Positions 8,923-20,351 of a stretch of 32,000 nucleotides of DNA are shown in pieces. Within the stretch, counting starts at the first letter, position 1, and each line of letters opens with the position of its first letter. The notes beneath the pieces are model-generated. The model was not told the DNA's origin and did no database searches. It saw only the letters and a program-made list of their open reading frames with translations. Made by a program: the position numbers and the translations under genes. The DNA is from Aquifex aeolicus VF5 (GTDB taxonomy: Bacteria > Aquificota > Aquificia > Aquificales > Aquificaceae), in contig NC_000918.1 in NCBI RefSeq assembly GCF_000008625.1, positions 30,001 through 62,000 on the forward strand, read 5' to 3'.

Positions 8923-9459
8923 TTACTTTTTAGGTCTGAAGGCTTTTACTTTATTCGGATCAGTGTCTATATATGCCCCGCCTATAAGGTCTATACAGTA
9001 GGGAATTGCAGGCATTACGGCGTCCAGGCATACTTTTATGGATTGAGGCTTTCCGGGAAGGTTTACTATTAAGCAACTCCCCCTTATACCCGCGGTTTGT
9101 CTTGAGAGTATGGCGGTGGGAACCTGTTTTAACGAAACCTGTCTCATAAGTTCTCCGAATCCTGGAAGCATTTTCTCGCATACCGCTTCCGTGGCTTCCG
9201 GCGTCACGTCTCTGGGAGCGGGACCCGTTCCGCCTGTTGTTAAAATCAGACTGCATCCCTTTTCGTCTGCAAGTTCTATTAAGGTTTTTTCTATCAAATC
9301 CCTTTCATCGGGAATTACCCTGTACTCAACCTCAAAGGGCGTTATTATCACGTCCTTAAGGTAATCTATAATAGCTTTACCGCTTATGTCTTCGTAAATA
9401 CCTTTGCTCGCCCTGTCGGAAATCGTCACAACTCCTATAACCGCCTTCTTTTCGCTCAT
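8923..9459 (-). CDS. mogA: molybdopterin adenylyltransferase MogA
   Basis: 178 aa that align along their length with E. coli MogA as I recall it (ISDRAS.G.Y.D, LTTGGTGPA.RDVTPEAT, PGFGE.MRQ.SL..VPTAILSRQ, NLPG.P.SIK). Confidence 0.9.
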   Translation of the reverse strand: MSEKKAVIGVVTISDRASKGIYEDISGKAIIDYLKDVIITPFEVEYRVIPDERDLIEKTLIELADEKGCSLILTTGGTGPAPRDVTPEATEAVCEKMLPGFGELMRQVSLKQVPTAILSRQTAGIRGSCLIVNLPGKPQSIKVCLDAVMPAIPYCIDLIGGAYIDTDPNKVKAFRPKK

Positions 9460-9495
9460 GGGAATACATTTTAACGTTTAGGTTAGAATAGTGAT

Positions 9496-10338
9496 ATGAG
9501 GGACATTGTTTTCATAGAAAGGGATCCTTACGCTCCGATAAGACACTGCTACACCGTTTCAAAAATACTCTACCAAGGAAAGAGTCCCTACCAGGAAATA
9601 CAGGTAATTGAAAGTCCTGAGTTCGGGAGAATGCTTATCCTCGACGGAGTGGTTCAGCTGGACGAGAAGTACGAATTTCTCTACCACGAGTACCTCGCAC
9701 ACGTTCCACTCCACGCACACCCAAACCCCAGAAACGTGCTCATAATCGGAGGAGGAGACGGGGGAACATTGAGGGAAGTTCTTAAACACGATATCGTAGA
9801 AAGAGCCGTCCTCGTTGACATAGATAAAGAAGTAATAGAAGTTTCCAAGAAGTACCTCCCCACGCTATCGGTTGGTTTTCAGGACCCGAGAGCCATAGTC
9901 GTGAACGAAGACGGCTACAAGTATGTCCAAGATTACGAGAACGAGTTTGATGTAATCATCGTAGACTCAACGGATCCCGTCGGATTTGCCCACGTCCTCA
10001 CCACAGAGGACTTCTTCAGACACGTCTACAAGGCGCTAAAGGAAGACGGAATATTCGTGGCTCAAACGGAGTCCATCCACTACCACCTTGAAATGGTGAG
10101 TAACATACAACAAAGACTAAAGAAAGTGTTTCCTATTGTTGACCTGTACACTTCCGTAATTCCCATATACGCCGGTTACTGGTGGACCTTCTCAATAGCT
10201 TCCAAGAAGTATCCTGTGAGGACTCCCGCTAGGGAGGTAAAGGTCCAAACGAAGATTTACGACGCGGACATGCACGAGTACGCCTTCCTTCCCGAGAGCT
10301 TTTACAACAAGATTGTAAACGGAGAGTACAAGTATTAA
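9496..10338 (+). CDS. speE: spermidine synthase
   Basis: 280 aa with SPYQEIQVIES..FGRMLILDG, IIGGGDGGTLREVLKH, VDIDKEVIEVSKKYLP and DSTDP. Confidence 0.93.
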   Translation: MRDIVFIERDPYAPIRHCYTVSKILYQGKSPYQEIQVIESPEFGRMLILDGVVQLDEKYEFLYHEYLAHVPLHAHPNPRNVLIIGGGDGGTLREVLKHDIVERAVLVDIDKEVIEVSKKYLPTLSVGFQDPRAIVVNEDGYKYVQDYENEFDVIIVDSTDPVGFAHVLTTEDFFRHVYKALKEDGIFVAQTESIHYHLEMVSNIQQRLKKVFPIVDLYTSVIPIYAGYWWTFSIASKKYPVRTPAREVKVQTKIYDADMHEYAFLPESFYNKIVNGEYKY

Positions 10339-10360
10339 AATAAATCTTTCAACCTCGTTT

Positions 10361-10375
10361 CCCCGCCCTGCGGGG
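10361..10375 (+). promoter_or_regulatory. GC hairpin CCCCGC-CCT-GCGGGG in the rpsF 5' leader (possible S6:S18 autoregulatory element or speE 3' stem)
   Basis: A perfect 6-bp GC stem 29 nt upstream of the rpsF ATG. No U-run follows it. The SD AGGAGGTG lies at 10392-10399. Confidence 0.3.
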
Positions 10376-10403
10376 AGACCTTAAAAAGGCCAGGAGGTGA
10401 AGT

Positions 10404-10745
10404 ATGCCGAGGTTGAGGCACTACAAAACCTTAAGGTATTACGAGACAGTTTTTGCTGTGAAGCCCACTCTCAGCGAAGAGGAGATGAAGAAGAAGTTTG
10501 AACAGGTCAAGGAGTTTATCAAACAAAAGGGCGGTGAGATACTCTACGAAGAGGACTGGGGTATGAGACAACTCGCCTACCCCATACAGAAGTTCAACAA
10601 CGCCAGATACTTCCTTGTGCAGTTCAAGACCGAAAACCCCCAACTCCCCAACGAGCTTGACTTCCAGCTGAAGATTGACGAAGACGTGATAAGGTGGTTA
10701 AATTTTCAAATTAAGGAGAGTGAAGTAAAGAAAAATGCTCAATAA
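10404..10745 (+). CDS. rpsF: 30S ribosomal protein S6
   Basis: YETVFAVKPTLSEEE...EDWGMRQLAYPI.K...ARYFLVQF is typical of S6. Strong SD. Confidence 0.93.
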   Translation: MPRLRHYKTLRYYETVFAVKPTLSEEEMKKKFEQVKEFIKQKGGEILYEEDWGMRQLAYPIQKFNNARYFLVQFKTENPQLPNELDFQLKIDEDVIRWLNFQIKESEVKKNAQ

Positions 10746-11178
10746 GGTTTTTATAATAGGAAGACTTACGGGTGACCCCGTTATAACTTATCTACCGAGC
10801 GGAACGCCCGTAGTAGAGTTTACTCTGGCTTACAACAGAAGGTATAAAAACCAGAACGGTGAATTTCAGGAGGAAAGTCACTTCTTTGACGTAAAGGCGT
10901 ACGGAAAAATGGCTGAAGACTGGGCTACACGCTTCTCGAAAGGATACCTCGTACTCGTAGAGGGAAGACTCTCCCAGGAAAAGTGGGAGAAAGAAGGAAA
11001 GAAGTTCTCAAAGGTCAGGATAATAGCGGAAAACGTAAGATTAATAAACAGGCCGAAAGGTGCTGAACTTCAAGCAGAAGAAGAGGAGGAAGTTCCTCCC
11101 ATTGAGGAGGAAATTGAAAAACTCGGTAAAGAGGAAGAGAAGCCTTTTACCGATGAAGAGGACGAAATACCTTTTTAA
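10735..11178 (+). CDS. ssb: single-stranded DNA-binding protein
   Basis: MLNKVFIIGRLTGDP OB-fold N-terminus and an acidic C-terminal tip DEEDEIPF. It overlaps rpsF by 11 nt. Confidence 0.93.
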   Translation: MLNKVFIIGRLTGDPVITYLPSGTPVVEFTLAYNRRYKNQNGEFQEESHFFDVKAYGKMAEDWATRFSKGYLVLVEGRLSQEKWEKEGKKFSKVRIIAENVRLINRPKGAELQAEEEEEVPPIEEEIEKLGKEEEKPFTDEEDEIPF

Positions 11179-11196
11179 TTTTGAGGAGGTTAAAGT

Positions 11197-11415
11197 ATGG
11201 TAGTGAGAGCTCCTAAGAAGAAAGTTTGTATGTACTGTGAACAAAAGAGAGAGCCAGATTATAAAAACTACGAAGAACTCAGGAACTTTTTAACCGAAAG
11301 GGGAAGGATTAAAGATAGAAAGCAAACCGGACTTTGTGCAAAGCACCAGAGGAGACTAGCTGTTCAAATAAAGAGGGCGAGACAGCTCGGACTACTTCCC
11401 TACGTTGTTTACTAA
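11197..11415 (+). CDS. rpsR: 30S ribosomal protein S18
   Basis: C.YC......DYKN...L..F..ERGRI..R..TGLCAKHQR.LA..IKRAR.LGLLPY is the S18 signature. Confidence 0.93.
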   Translation: MVVRAPKKKVCMYCEQKREPDYKNYEELRNFLTERGRIKDRKQTGLCAKHQRRLAVQIKRARQLGLLPYVVY

Positions 11416-11469
11416 AAACTTGTCCCTTCCTCCCTTTTCCCTTAAATTATTCTCTAAGGAGGCGATTTA

Positions 11470-11649
11470 ATGCACTTTCCTCTGCCGTGGCAATTAATAC
11501 TGATACTCTTGGTTATCCTCGTAATCTTCGGTGCTTCAAAACTCCCCGAAGTGGGTAAAGGTTTGGGAGAGGGGATAAGGAACTTTAAGAAAGCGCTCTC
11601 AGGTGAAGAAGAGGAAAAGGGGAAGGAAGTTAAAAAGGAGGGTGAATAA
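11470..11649 (+). CDS. tatA: twin-arginine translocase TatA/E family protein, copy 1 (59 aa, below track cutoff)
   Basis: Hand translation gives [59 protein letters not shown]. The SD AAGGAGG lies 7 nt upstream. FG..KLPE.G..LG.GIR.FKKA is the TatA hinge and amphipathic helix motif. Confidence 0.85.
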   Translation: MHFPLPWQLILILLVILVIFGASKLPEVGKGLGEGIRNFKKALSGEEEEKGKEVKKEGE

Positions 11650-11883
11650 ATGTTTCCCGGCGGAATATCTATGACAGAGTTAATCATAATCCTTGCGGTT
11701 ATCCTGCTACTCTTCGGTGCTGGAAGACTACCGGAAGCCGGAAGAGCGCTTGGTGAAGGTATAAGGAATTTCAGGAAGGCACTTTCAGGGGAGACGGAAG
11801 TAAAGGAAGTGAAGGCTGAAGACGTAAAGACGGAGGAGAGGAAAGAAGAAAAGAAGGAAGAGAAGGAAAAGGTAGAGGCTTAA
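11650..11883 (+). CDS. tatA: twin-arginine translocase TatA/E family protein, copy 2
   Basis: [35 protein letters not shown] followed by a K/E-rich tail. Its ATG immediately follows the copy-1 stop, with GGAGG upstream. Confidence 0.85.
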   Translation: MFPGGISMTELIIILAVILLLFGAGRLPEAGRALGEGIRNFRKALSGETEVKEVKAEDVKTEERKEEKKEEKEKVEA

Positions 11884-12773
11884 CTCAGCAATTGAGCCAC
11901 CGTTTGAATTGAACGCTGAAGGTTTCTCGTACGCAGTACCTCACTGTAAGGGGAAACGTCTATTACGTAACCGTCCTCTTTCCTCTTAATCTGGATAAAG
12001 AACTTTTGAAGGTATCCCTTTTCCGAAAGTAAACACTCCACTAAAAAGTCCTTATCCCTTTGCCAAACTTTAAAGGTTTTGAAGTAAACTTCTTCATCCA
12101 GTTTAATTTCTCGGCTTTCAATTTTCTTAGGATCTACGCTTTCCACTTTTACCTTTACCGGAAACAATTCCCGTACCTCCTCAACCTCTGGATGTTCTAC
12201 AAACTTCGGTTCCTTAACCTTTCTCAAAATTAACTTGTAAAGTGTTTTTCCCATGGAAAGCCACTTTTGTTCATACTTGGTCAAAGGCTCTTTTACGTTT
12301 AAAGTTCCCTCTTCTACCTCAAAGCAGTCTAATACCTTTGCACTTTCTTTTGTAAATTCCAGAAACTCGTAGTTGTCGGTCCTTATCCTTATCTCTCCGC
12401 CGAGTTTTAATTTCTTCGCAAACATGTAAAGTCTTTCGGGCTTTGTTAACCTCCTCTTGTGGTGCCTCTTCTTAAACCACGGATCCGGGTAATTCATGTA
12501 GATGTTCTCAACGTAGTTATCTCTAAAGAGAAAGTAAAAGCCCCAGTAGGCGTCAACGTTTGTGCAGTAAACGTTCTTTAATCCTTTTTTCCCTACTCTT
12601 TTCATCAGTTTTTCAATAGAAATCTGGGATATCTCTATGCCGAAGAAATTCTTATCGGGATTTTCCTTCGCAAGCTTTACTATAAAGTCTCCTCTTCCGA
12701 AACCTATTTCTACCTCAAGATTGGGAATTTCTACAGGTCTTTTTACCCTTTTGTAATTTACGTAACAGAGCAT
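11880..12773 (-). CDS. trmB: tRNA (guanine-N7)-methyltransferase with a long C-terminal extension
   Basis: [14 protein letters not shown]...NFFGIEIS...[18 protein letters not shown] are TrmB motifs. The start is set at ATG 12773 (MLCYV); the track start at 12776 is a TTG. Confidence 0.9.
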   Translation of the reverse strand: MLCYVNYKRVKRPVEIPNLEVEIGFGRGDFIVKLAKENPDKNFFGIEISQISIEKLMKRVGKKGLKNVYCTNVDAYWGFYFLFRDNYVENIYMNYPDPWFKKRHHKRRLTKPERLYMFAKKLKLGGEIRIRTDNYEFLEFTKESAKVLDCFEVEEGTLNVKEPLTKYEQKWLSMGKTLYKLILRKVKEPKFVEHPEVEEVRELFPVKVKVESVDPKKIESREIKLDEEVYFKTFKVWQRDKDFLVECLLSEKGYLQKFFIQIKRKEDGYVIDVSPYSEVLRTRNLQRSIQTVAQLLS

Positions 12774-12794
12774 CAATTATAATCTTAAACTGAA

Positions 12795-13763
12795 ATGCTT
12801 ACGGACTTAGGGCTACTGACACTCGGGTTTTTCTTACTGGTAAAAGGAGCTGATATGCTCATAGAAGGAGCTGGAGGGCTTGCGAGGCGCTTCGGGATAC
12901 CCGAATTCGTAATAGGTCTGACGCTCGTGGCTTTCGGAACATCCCTTCCCGAGTTTACCGTGAACGTAAGTGCAGCACTCAAAGACGCTTCGGGTATTTC
13001 TCTCGGAAACGTTATAGGTTCAAATATAGCAAACATTCTTCTTATCCTCGGTGTAGCTTCATTGATAAAGCCCCTTACTGTTCACGCCACATTCGTAAAA
13101 AAGGAAATTCCAGTGAACTTTTTTCTTACGTTAACGCTCATAGTCATGGCAAACGACGTTATCTTAAATCACGCTCCAGTTTCTTTGATATCCCGTGGGG
13201 ACGGACTTGTCCTGATAATAACTTTTCTGGGATACATGTACTTCCTCGTGGCTTACTTGGAAAGGGACAGCATTCTTGAAGGAGAGATGAAAGAAAGCAT
13301 TTCTCCTTTTAAGGGCTTTATCTACTTCATTCTCGGACTTACAGGTCTTTCTCTGGGAGCAGACTGGACGGTAGACGGCGCAGTCGGACTCGCTAAAGCT
13401 CTCGGAGTTAGTGAAGCTGTAATCGGGCTGTTTGTCGTTGCAATAGGAACATCTCTTCCGGAACTCTTTGCCTCCGCGGTATCAGCCTATAAAGGAAACC
13501 CGGATATCGCTCTCGGGAACGTTGCGGGTTCAAACATTTTCAACGCGACTCTAGTCCTTGGAACGAGCTCCGTTATAAGGGACATTCCCGTTCCAGAAAG
13601 GGCTAACGTGGATTTGGGAGTTTTGTTCATTGCCACACTCTTACTTCTGATATCCTCCATCTGGGGTAAAAGGAAGTACACGCTCGACAGAATGGAAGGA
13701 GGAATATTTTTACTGGCTTACTTTATTTACGTTATAGCTTCTTGGTACAGGGAACTCAGCTGA
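12795..13763 (+). CDS. yrbG: Ca2+/Na+ antiporter, CaCA (YrbG) family
   Basis: Two alpha-repeats, GTSLPEF...GNVIGSNIANILLILG and GTSLPELFAS...GNVAGSNIFNATLVLG, and about 10 TM segments. Confidence 0.85.
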   Translation: MLTDLGLLTLGFFLLVKGADMLIEGAGGLARRFGIPEFVIGLTLVAFGTSLPEFTVNVSAALKDASGISLGNVIGSNIANILLILGVASLIKPLTVHATFVKKEIPVNFFLTLTLIVMANDVILNHAPVSLISRGDGLVLIITFLGYMYFLVAYLERDSILEGEMKESISPFKGFIYFILGLTGLSLGADWTVDGAVGLAKALGVSEAVIGLFVVAIGTSLPELFASAVSAYKGNPDIALGNVAGSNIFNATLVLGTSSVIRDIPVPERANVDLGVLFIATLLLLISSIWGKRKYTLDRMEGGIFLLAYFIYVIASWYRELS

Positions 13764-14268
13764 AGATTTCCTCGTAAAGTTTCTCGTCTATCCTCTTTAA
13801 TTTGTGTCTTTCTTTTGGAACTTCGTCTACCTCAACGAAGTATAAACAGTTCGTTACACACTTCTCAACGCAGGAGGGAAGCAGTCCTTTATCAACCCTT
13901 TTGTAGCAGTAATCGCACTTTTCTACTTTTTGTGTAGCGGGATTGAAAGTTATAGCTCCGTAGGGGCAGGCTATTATGCACGCTTTACAGCCTATGCACA
14001 GAGTTTGTTCCACGTAAACTATACCGTCCTTCTCCCTCTTTCTCATTGCGGATGTAGGGCATGCAACCACACAGGGAGCTGGGTCGCAGTGAAAGCAGTT
14101 CATGGGGTAGTAAAAAGCTCCCGGTTCTTCAGATATACCTTCTACCCTGAAAACTTTCATGGGTCTTATATACAGGCTCTCCAGTCCCTTCTCCTGAACG
14201 CAGGCTACTTCACAGGAAAGGCAGCCTATGCACCTGTCCAGGTCTATGAGCATTATAGGACGCTTCAT
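13756..14268 (-). CDS. 4Fe-4S ferredoxin-type subunit (DmsB/NrfC/PsrB-like, four Cys groups)
   Basis: CIGCLSCEVAC, CFHCDPAPCVVACP, CIGCKACIIACP and CDYC...C..C cysteine groups. ATGA overlap with the yggT stop. Confidence 0.85.
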   Translation of the reverse strand: MKRPIMLIDLDRCIGCLSCEVACVQEKGLESLYIRPMKVFRVEGISEEPGAFYYPMNCFHCDPAPCVVACPTSAMRKREKDGIVYVEQTLCIGCKACIIACPYGAITFNPATQKVEKCDYCYKRVDKGLLPSCVEKCVTNCLYFVEVDEVPKERHKLKRIDEKLYEEIFS

Positions 14269-14501
14269 CTGAGTATCCTCAGGAGGATAGAGAGTATAAG
14301 GATAAGTATTAAGGGGGAAAAGTCAATGCCGTTAATCGGTTTTACGACTTTCCTTATCGGCTCTAAAAAGGGAGACACTATCCAGTCTATGTACCAGTAA
14401 ATTTTACTTCTCCTTACCTCGGGAAACCAAGACCCGAGTGCGTGAATGAAAGTAAGAAGGATGAGGAGCTGAATGAAGACTTTAACGAGTTTTATTATCA
14501 C
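14265..14501 (-). CDS. yggT: YggT/Ycf19 family small membrane protein
   Basis: 78 aa with 2 TM segments. ...IDWIVSPFLEPIRKVVKPINGIDFSPLILILIL is the YggT signature. The GTG start overlaps the rplQ stop by 1 nt. Confidence 0.75.
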   Translation of the reverse strand: MIIKLVKVFIQLLILLTFIHALGSWFPEVRRSKIYWYIDWIVSPFLEPIRKVVKPINGIDFSPLILILILSILLRILR

Positions 14502-14857
14502 TACTCAACCCATTCTATGATGGCCATTTCAGCTCCGTCTCCTCTTCTCCTGTAGGGGAGTTTTATTATCCTTACGTATCCGCCGTTCCTTCCTTCAAAT
14601 CTGGGAGCTATATCCTCAAAGAGTTTCTTTATAGCTGGTTTGTCGGGAAGTCTGCTGAGTGCCTGTCTTCTTGCGTGGAGCGTTCCTTCTTTTGCGAGCT
14701 CAACGAGGGGTTCTATGAAACTCCTGAGAGCCTTTGCCCTTTCGACGGTTGTCTCTATTCTCTCGTCAAAGATTAACGCCCTTGCAAGGGATCGGTAAAG
14801 TGCAAGCCTTTGTTCCTTAGTTCTGTCAAAGTGCTTCTTCTTAACCCTGTGCCTCAT
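14501..14857 (-). CDS. rplQ: 50S ribosomal protein L17
   Basis: [28 protein letters not shown]... is the L17 N-terminus. Confidence 0.95.
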
Positions 14858-14862
14858 CTCAC

Positions 14863-15816
14863 CTACCTCTGAGTTTCAATATTCATACCGAGCTCAAGCC
14901 CAAGCTTATGAAGTGCTTCCTTTATTTCAGCAAGTGCCTTCCTTCCTATGTTTTTAGTGCTTTTTAGCTCATCTTCCGTCATCCTGACAAGGTCCCCTAT
15001 TGTGGTTATACCTATTCTCTTGAGGGAGTTAAGTGCTCTTTGGGATATGTCGAGTTCTTCTATGGAGAGGGAGAGTTTTTCCGCAAGTTCGTCCACCGCT
15101 ACCTTTTGAGGAACTGTCGGTTTTTCCGTAAATATGTTCTCAAGGAGTTCGTAGTGCTTCTTGAGTATTTCTATTGCTTCCTGCATGCACTGGTCGGGAG
15201 TTTTTATACCGTTCGTGAATATTTCAAGTGTAAGCCTTTCGTAAGTGGATTTTTTCCCTACCCTTACGTTATCTACCCTGAAACCTACCTTCTTTACAGG
15301 AGAAAAATCAGCGTCCACGAGAATCCAGCCCACTTCCCCTATAGCTTCCATTTCCTCTACGGGAACGTATCCTCTTCCCCTTTCCACACGAATTTCTATG
15401 TTAAGCTCCTTGTTCGGATCCGTTATAGTTGCTATGTACTGGTCGGGATTGAGTATTTCAACGTTTGGAGGAGTTTTTATATCGGACGCCTTTACCTCCC
15501 CTTCTCCCTTTTTCTGGAGATAAAGTATTTCAACGTCACTGTCTCCCTTCATTAAAAACTTAATTTTTTTAAGGTTTGCTATGAGTTCTATTGCGTCCTC
15601 CTGAACGCCTTCAATCGCAGAAAACTCGTGGTAAATACCGTAAATCTTTACCGCAGTAATGGCAGTTCCGCTAATGGAAGAGAGGAGAACCCTTCTCAGA
15701 GAATTTCCAACGGTAGTGCCAAATCCCCTTTCAAGCGGTTCTACTACGAGTCTCCCGTAAGTGTCCGTTTTTTCTTCCCAGAATATCTTGTCGGGGTATA
15801 TAAACTCGTTTAACAT
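14863..15816 (-). CDS. rpoA: DNA-directed RNA polymerase subunit alpha
   Basis: [27 protein letters not shown] in the NTD and [21 protein letters not shown] in the CTD HhH. Confidence 0.97.
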
Positions 15817-15828
15817 TCAATACCTCCG

Positions 15829-16464
15829 TTATACCTTAGAGTAGAACTCAACGATGTACTGAAGGTTTATGGGTATCTCGAGGTACTCCTGCACGTTTTC
15901 GGGAAGTCTTACAACTCTTCCCCTGAAGTTATCCTTGTCGAGTTCGAGCCAGCTCGGTATAGATCTCGGGTCTACGTTTTCAAGGTTTTCCTTTATGAAG
16001 GGAATGTCTCTGGACTTTTCCTTAATTTCTATAACGTCTCCGGGCTCTACAAGGTAAGAGGGAATGTTCACCTTTTTTCCGTTTACGAGAACGTGCCCGT
16101 GTGCTACAAGTTGCCTTGCCTGTCTCCTCGTGGAGGCAAATCCCAGTCTGTAAACTACGTTATCGAGCCTCCTCTCAAGGTACTGAAGGAGCATTTCACC
16201 GGTATTTTCCTTTGACTTGGAAGCCATATCGAAGTACTTCTTAAATTGCTTTTCTCTGAGTCCTCCGTAGAGGAATTTAAGTTTTTGTTTTTCCATTAAA
16301 CGCAGACCGTACTCGGTTAACTTCTTTCTCCTTCCGTACTTTCTTCCGTGTTGTCCGGGCGGATAATTTCTCCTGGCAAGGATTTTGGGAGCGGACTTCT
16401 TACCGGAAACTACTACACCAAACCTTCTGTCAAGTTTTACCCAAGGACCTATATACCTACCCAT
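15829..16464 (-). CDS. rpsD: 30S ribosomal protein S4
   Basis: MGRYIGPWVKLDRRFG..., RLDNVVYRLGFASTRRQARQLVAHGHVLVNGKKVNIPSY (S4 domain). Confidence 0.97.
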   Translation of the reverse strand: MGRYIGPWVKLDRRFGVVVSGKKSAPKILARRNYPPGQHGRKYGRRKKLTEYGLRLMEKQKLKFLYGGLREKQFKKYFDMASKSKENTGEMLLQYLERRLDNVVYRLGFASTRRQARQLVAHGHVLVNGKKVNIPSYLVEPGDVIEIKEKSRDIPFIKENLENVDPRSIPSWLELDKDNFRGRVVRLPENVQEYLEIPINLQYIVEFYSKV

Positions 16465-16842
16465 TTACACTCTCCTCCTCGCAGGTGGTCTGCAACCGTT
16501 GTGGGGAATAGGCGTAACATCCCTTATGGCGGTTACCTTTACCCCCGAAGCGAATACAGCCCTTACCGCTGACTCCCTTCCTGCTCCGGGGCCTTTGACC
16601 CATATCTCAACTTCCTGAACTCCGTGTTCCTTTGCCTCTTTCATAGCCTTTTGAGCTGCAAGCTGTGCTGCGTAAGGGGTTGATTTTCTCGTGCCCTTAA
16701 ACCCTACAGTTCCACCGCTAGCCCATGCGATGGTATTTCCCTGAGTGTCTGTTACGTTAACTATCGTGTTGTTAAAGGTTGTGTGTATGTGAACTATGGC
16801 TTTTGTTACCTGTCTTTTCTGTTTCTTTTTCTTTTTCGCCAT
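16465..16842 (-). CDS. rpsK: 30S ribosomal protein S11
   Basis: [29 protein letters not shown]...[16 protein letters not shown]. Confidence 0.97.
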   Translation of the reverse strand: MAKKKKKQKRQVTKAIVHIHTTFNNTIVNVTDTQGNTIAWASGGTVGFKGTRKSTPYAAQLAAQKAMKEAKEHGVQEVEIWVKGPGAGRESAVRAVFASGVKVTAIRDVTPIPHNGCRPPARRRV

Positions 16843-16857
16843 TTATGTCAACCTCCT

Positions 16858-17238
16858 TTACTTGGCCTTAGCTTTCTTTGTTCCTCCAACAGTTTTCCTC
16901 TTACCCTTTCTGGTTCTCGCGTTTGTTCTCGTTTGTTGACCCCTTACGGGTAGTCCCCTTGCGTGTCTGATACCTCTGTAGCATCCCATATCCTTGAGTT
17001 TCTTAATGTTTAGCTGAACTTCCCTTCTCAGGTCACCCTCTACCTTATAGTTTTCATCTATGAACTTTCTAAGAGTGTTTAGCTCGTCGGGGGTTAATTC
17101 TCCGACCCTTTTGGTACAGGGAATTCCCGTCTTTTCACATATCTCCCTTGCCCTAGACCATCCTATTCCGTAAATGTAGGTGAGTGCGACCTCCAGTCTC
17201 TTGTTGTTAGGCAAATCAACGCCCGCTATTCTCGCCAT
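16858..17238 (-). CDS. rpsM: 30S ribosomal protein S13
   Basis: [26 protein letters not shown]...[28 protein letters not shown]. Confidence 0.97.
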   Translation of the reverse strand: MARIAGVDLPNNKRLEVALTYIYGIGWSRAREICEKTGIPCTKRVGELTPDELNTLRKFIDENYKVEGDLRREVQLNIKKLKDMGCYRGIRHARGLPVRGQQTRTNARTRKGKRKTVGGTKKAKAK

Positions 17239-17250
17239 TTCTAACCTCCG

Positions 17251-17365
17251 TTACCCCTGTCTTTTGCTTGTGACTGGGTATTTCGCAAATTACCATAACT
17301 CTTCCCTTTCTCCTTATTATCTTGCACTTAGCACACCTTTTCTTCACGGAAGACCTAACTTTCAT
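17251..17365 (-). CDS. rpmJ: 50S ribosomal protein L36; the canonical C-terminus is reached only after removing one A from an A4 run (as sequenced the ORF runs to 17216)
   Basis: ATG at 17365, GGAGG 6 nt upstream. It reads [34 protein letters not shown], then [15 protein letters not shown] with stop at 17216-17218. In the adjacent frame the same bases read ...KRQG then TAA (17251-17253), which is the canonical L36 ending. Below the track cutoff. Confidence 0.8.
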
Positions 17366-17425
17366 ACCGAACCTCCACAATAGCGGAATATCTTAGTATA
17401 ACCTAAGTCCTTGCCTTTTTCAACT

Positions 17426-17668
17426 TTACAATCTGTAAACTATCCTTCCGCGGGTGAGGTCGTAGGGAGAGAGTTCCACCTTAACTTTGTCTCCGGGCAG
17501 GATTCTTATGAAGTTAACCCTGAGTTTCCCGGCTATGTGGGCAAGCACTTCCTGCCCGGTTTCAAGCTTTACCCTGAACATTCCGTTTGGAAGGGCTTCA
17601 ACAACTTCTCCTTCGAGAAGTATGCCCCTCTCCTTTTCGTGCTCTTGCTTTCTCTTCTTCTTTCCCAT
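17426..17668 (-). CDS. infA: translation initiation factor IF-1 (with a Lys-rich N-terminal extension)
   Basis: [59 protein letters not shown] is the IF-1 S1 fold. Confidence 0.95.
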   Translation of the reverse strand: MGKKKRKQEHEKERGILLEGEVVEALPNGMFRVKLETGQEVLAHIAGKLRVNFIRILPGDKVKVELSPYDLTRGRIVYRL

Positions 17669-17670
17669 CC

Positions 17671-20351
<2,681 letters not shown>

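Noticed and set aside
10361-10375. Intrinsic terminator of speE.
   Set aside because: The GC stem is not followed by a U-run (agaccttaaaa), so I list it only as a candidate leader structure.
11334-11687. Track ORFs 11334-11558 (+) and 11454-11687 (-) spanning the rpsR/tatA region.
   Set aside because: They are out of frame with, or antisense to, rpsR and the two TatA genes, which have strong SDs and family motifs. They are shadow ORFs.
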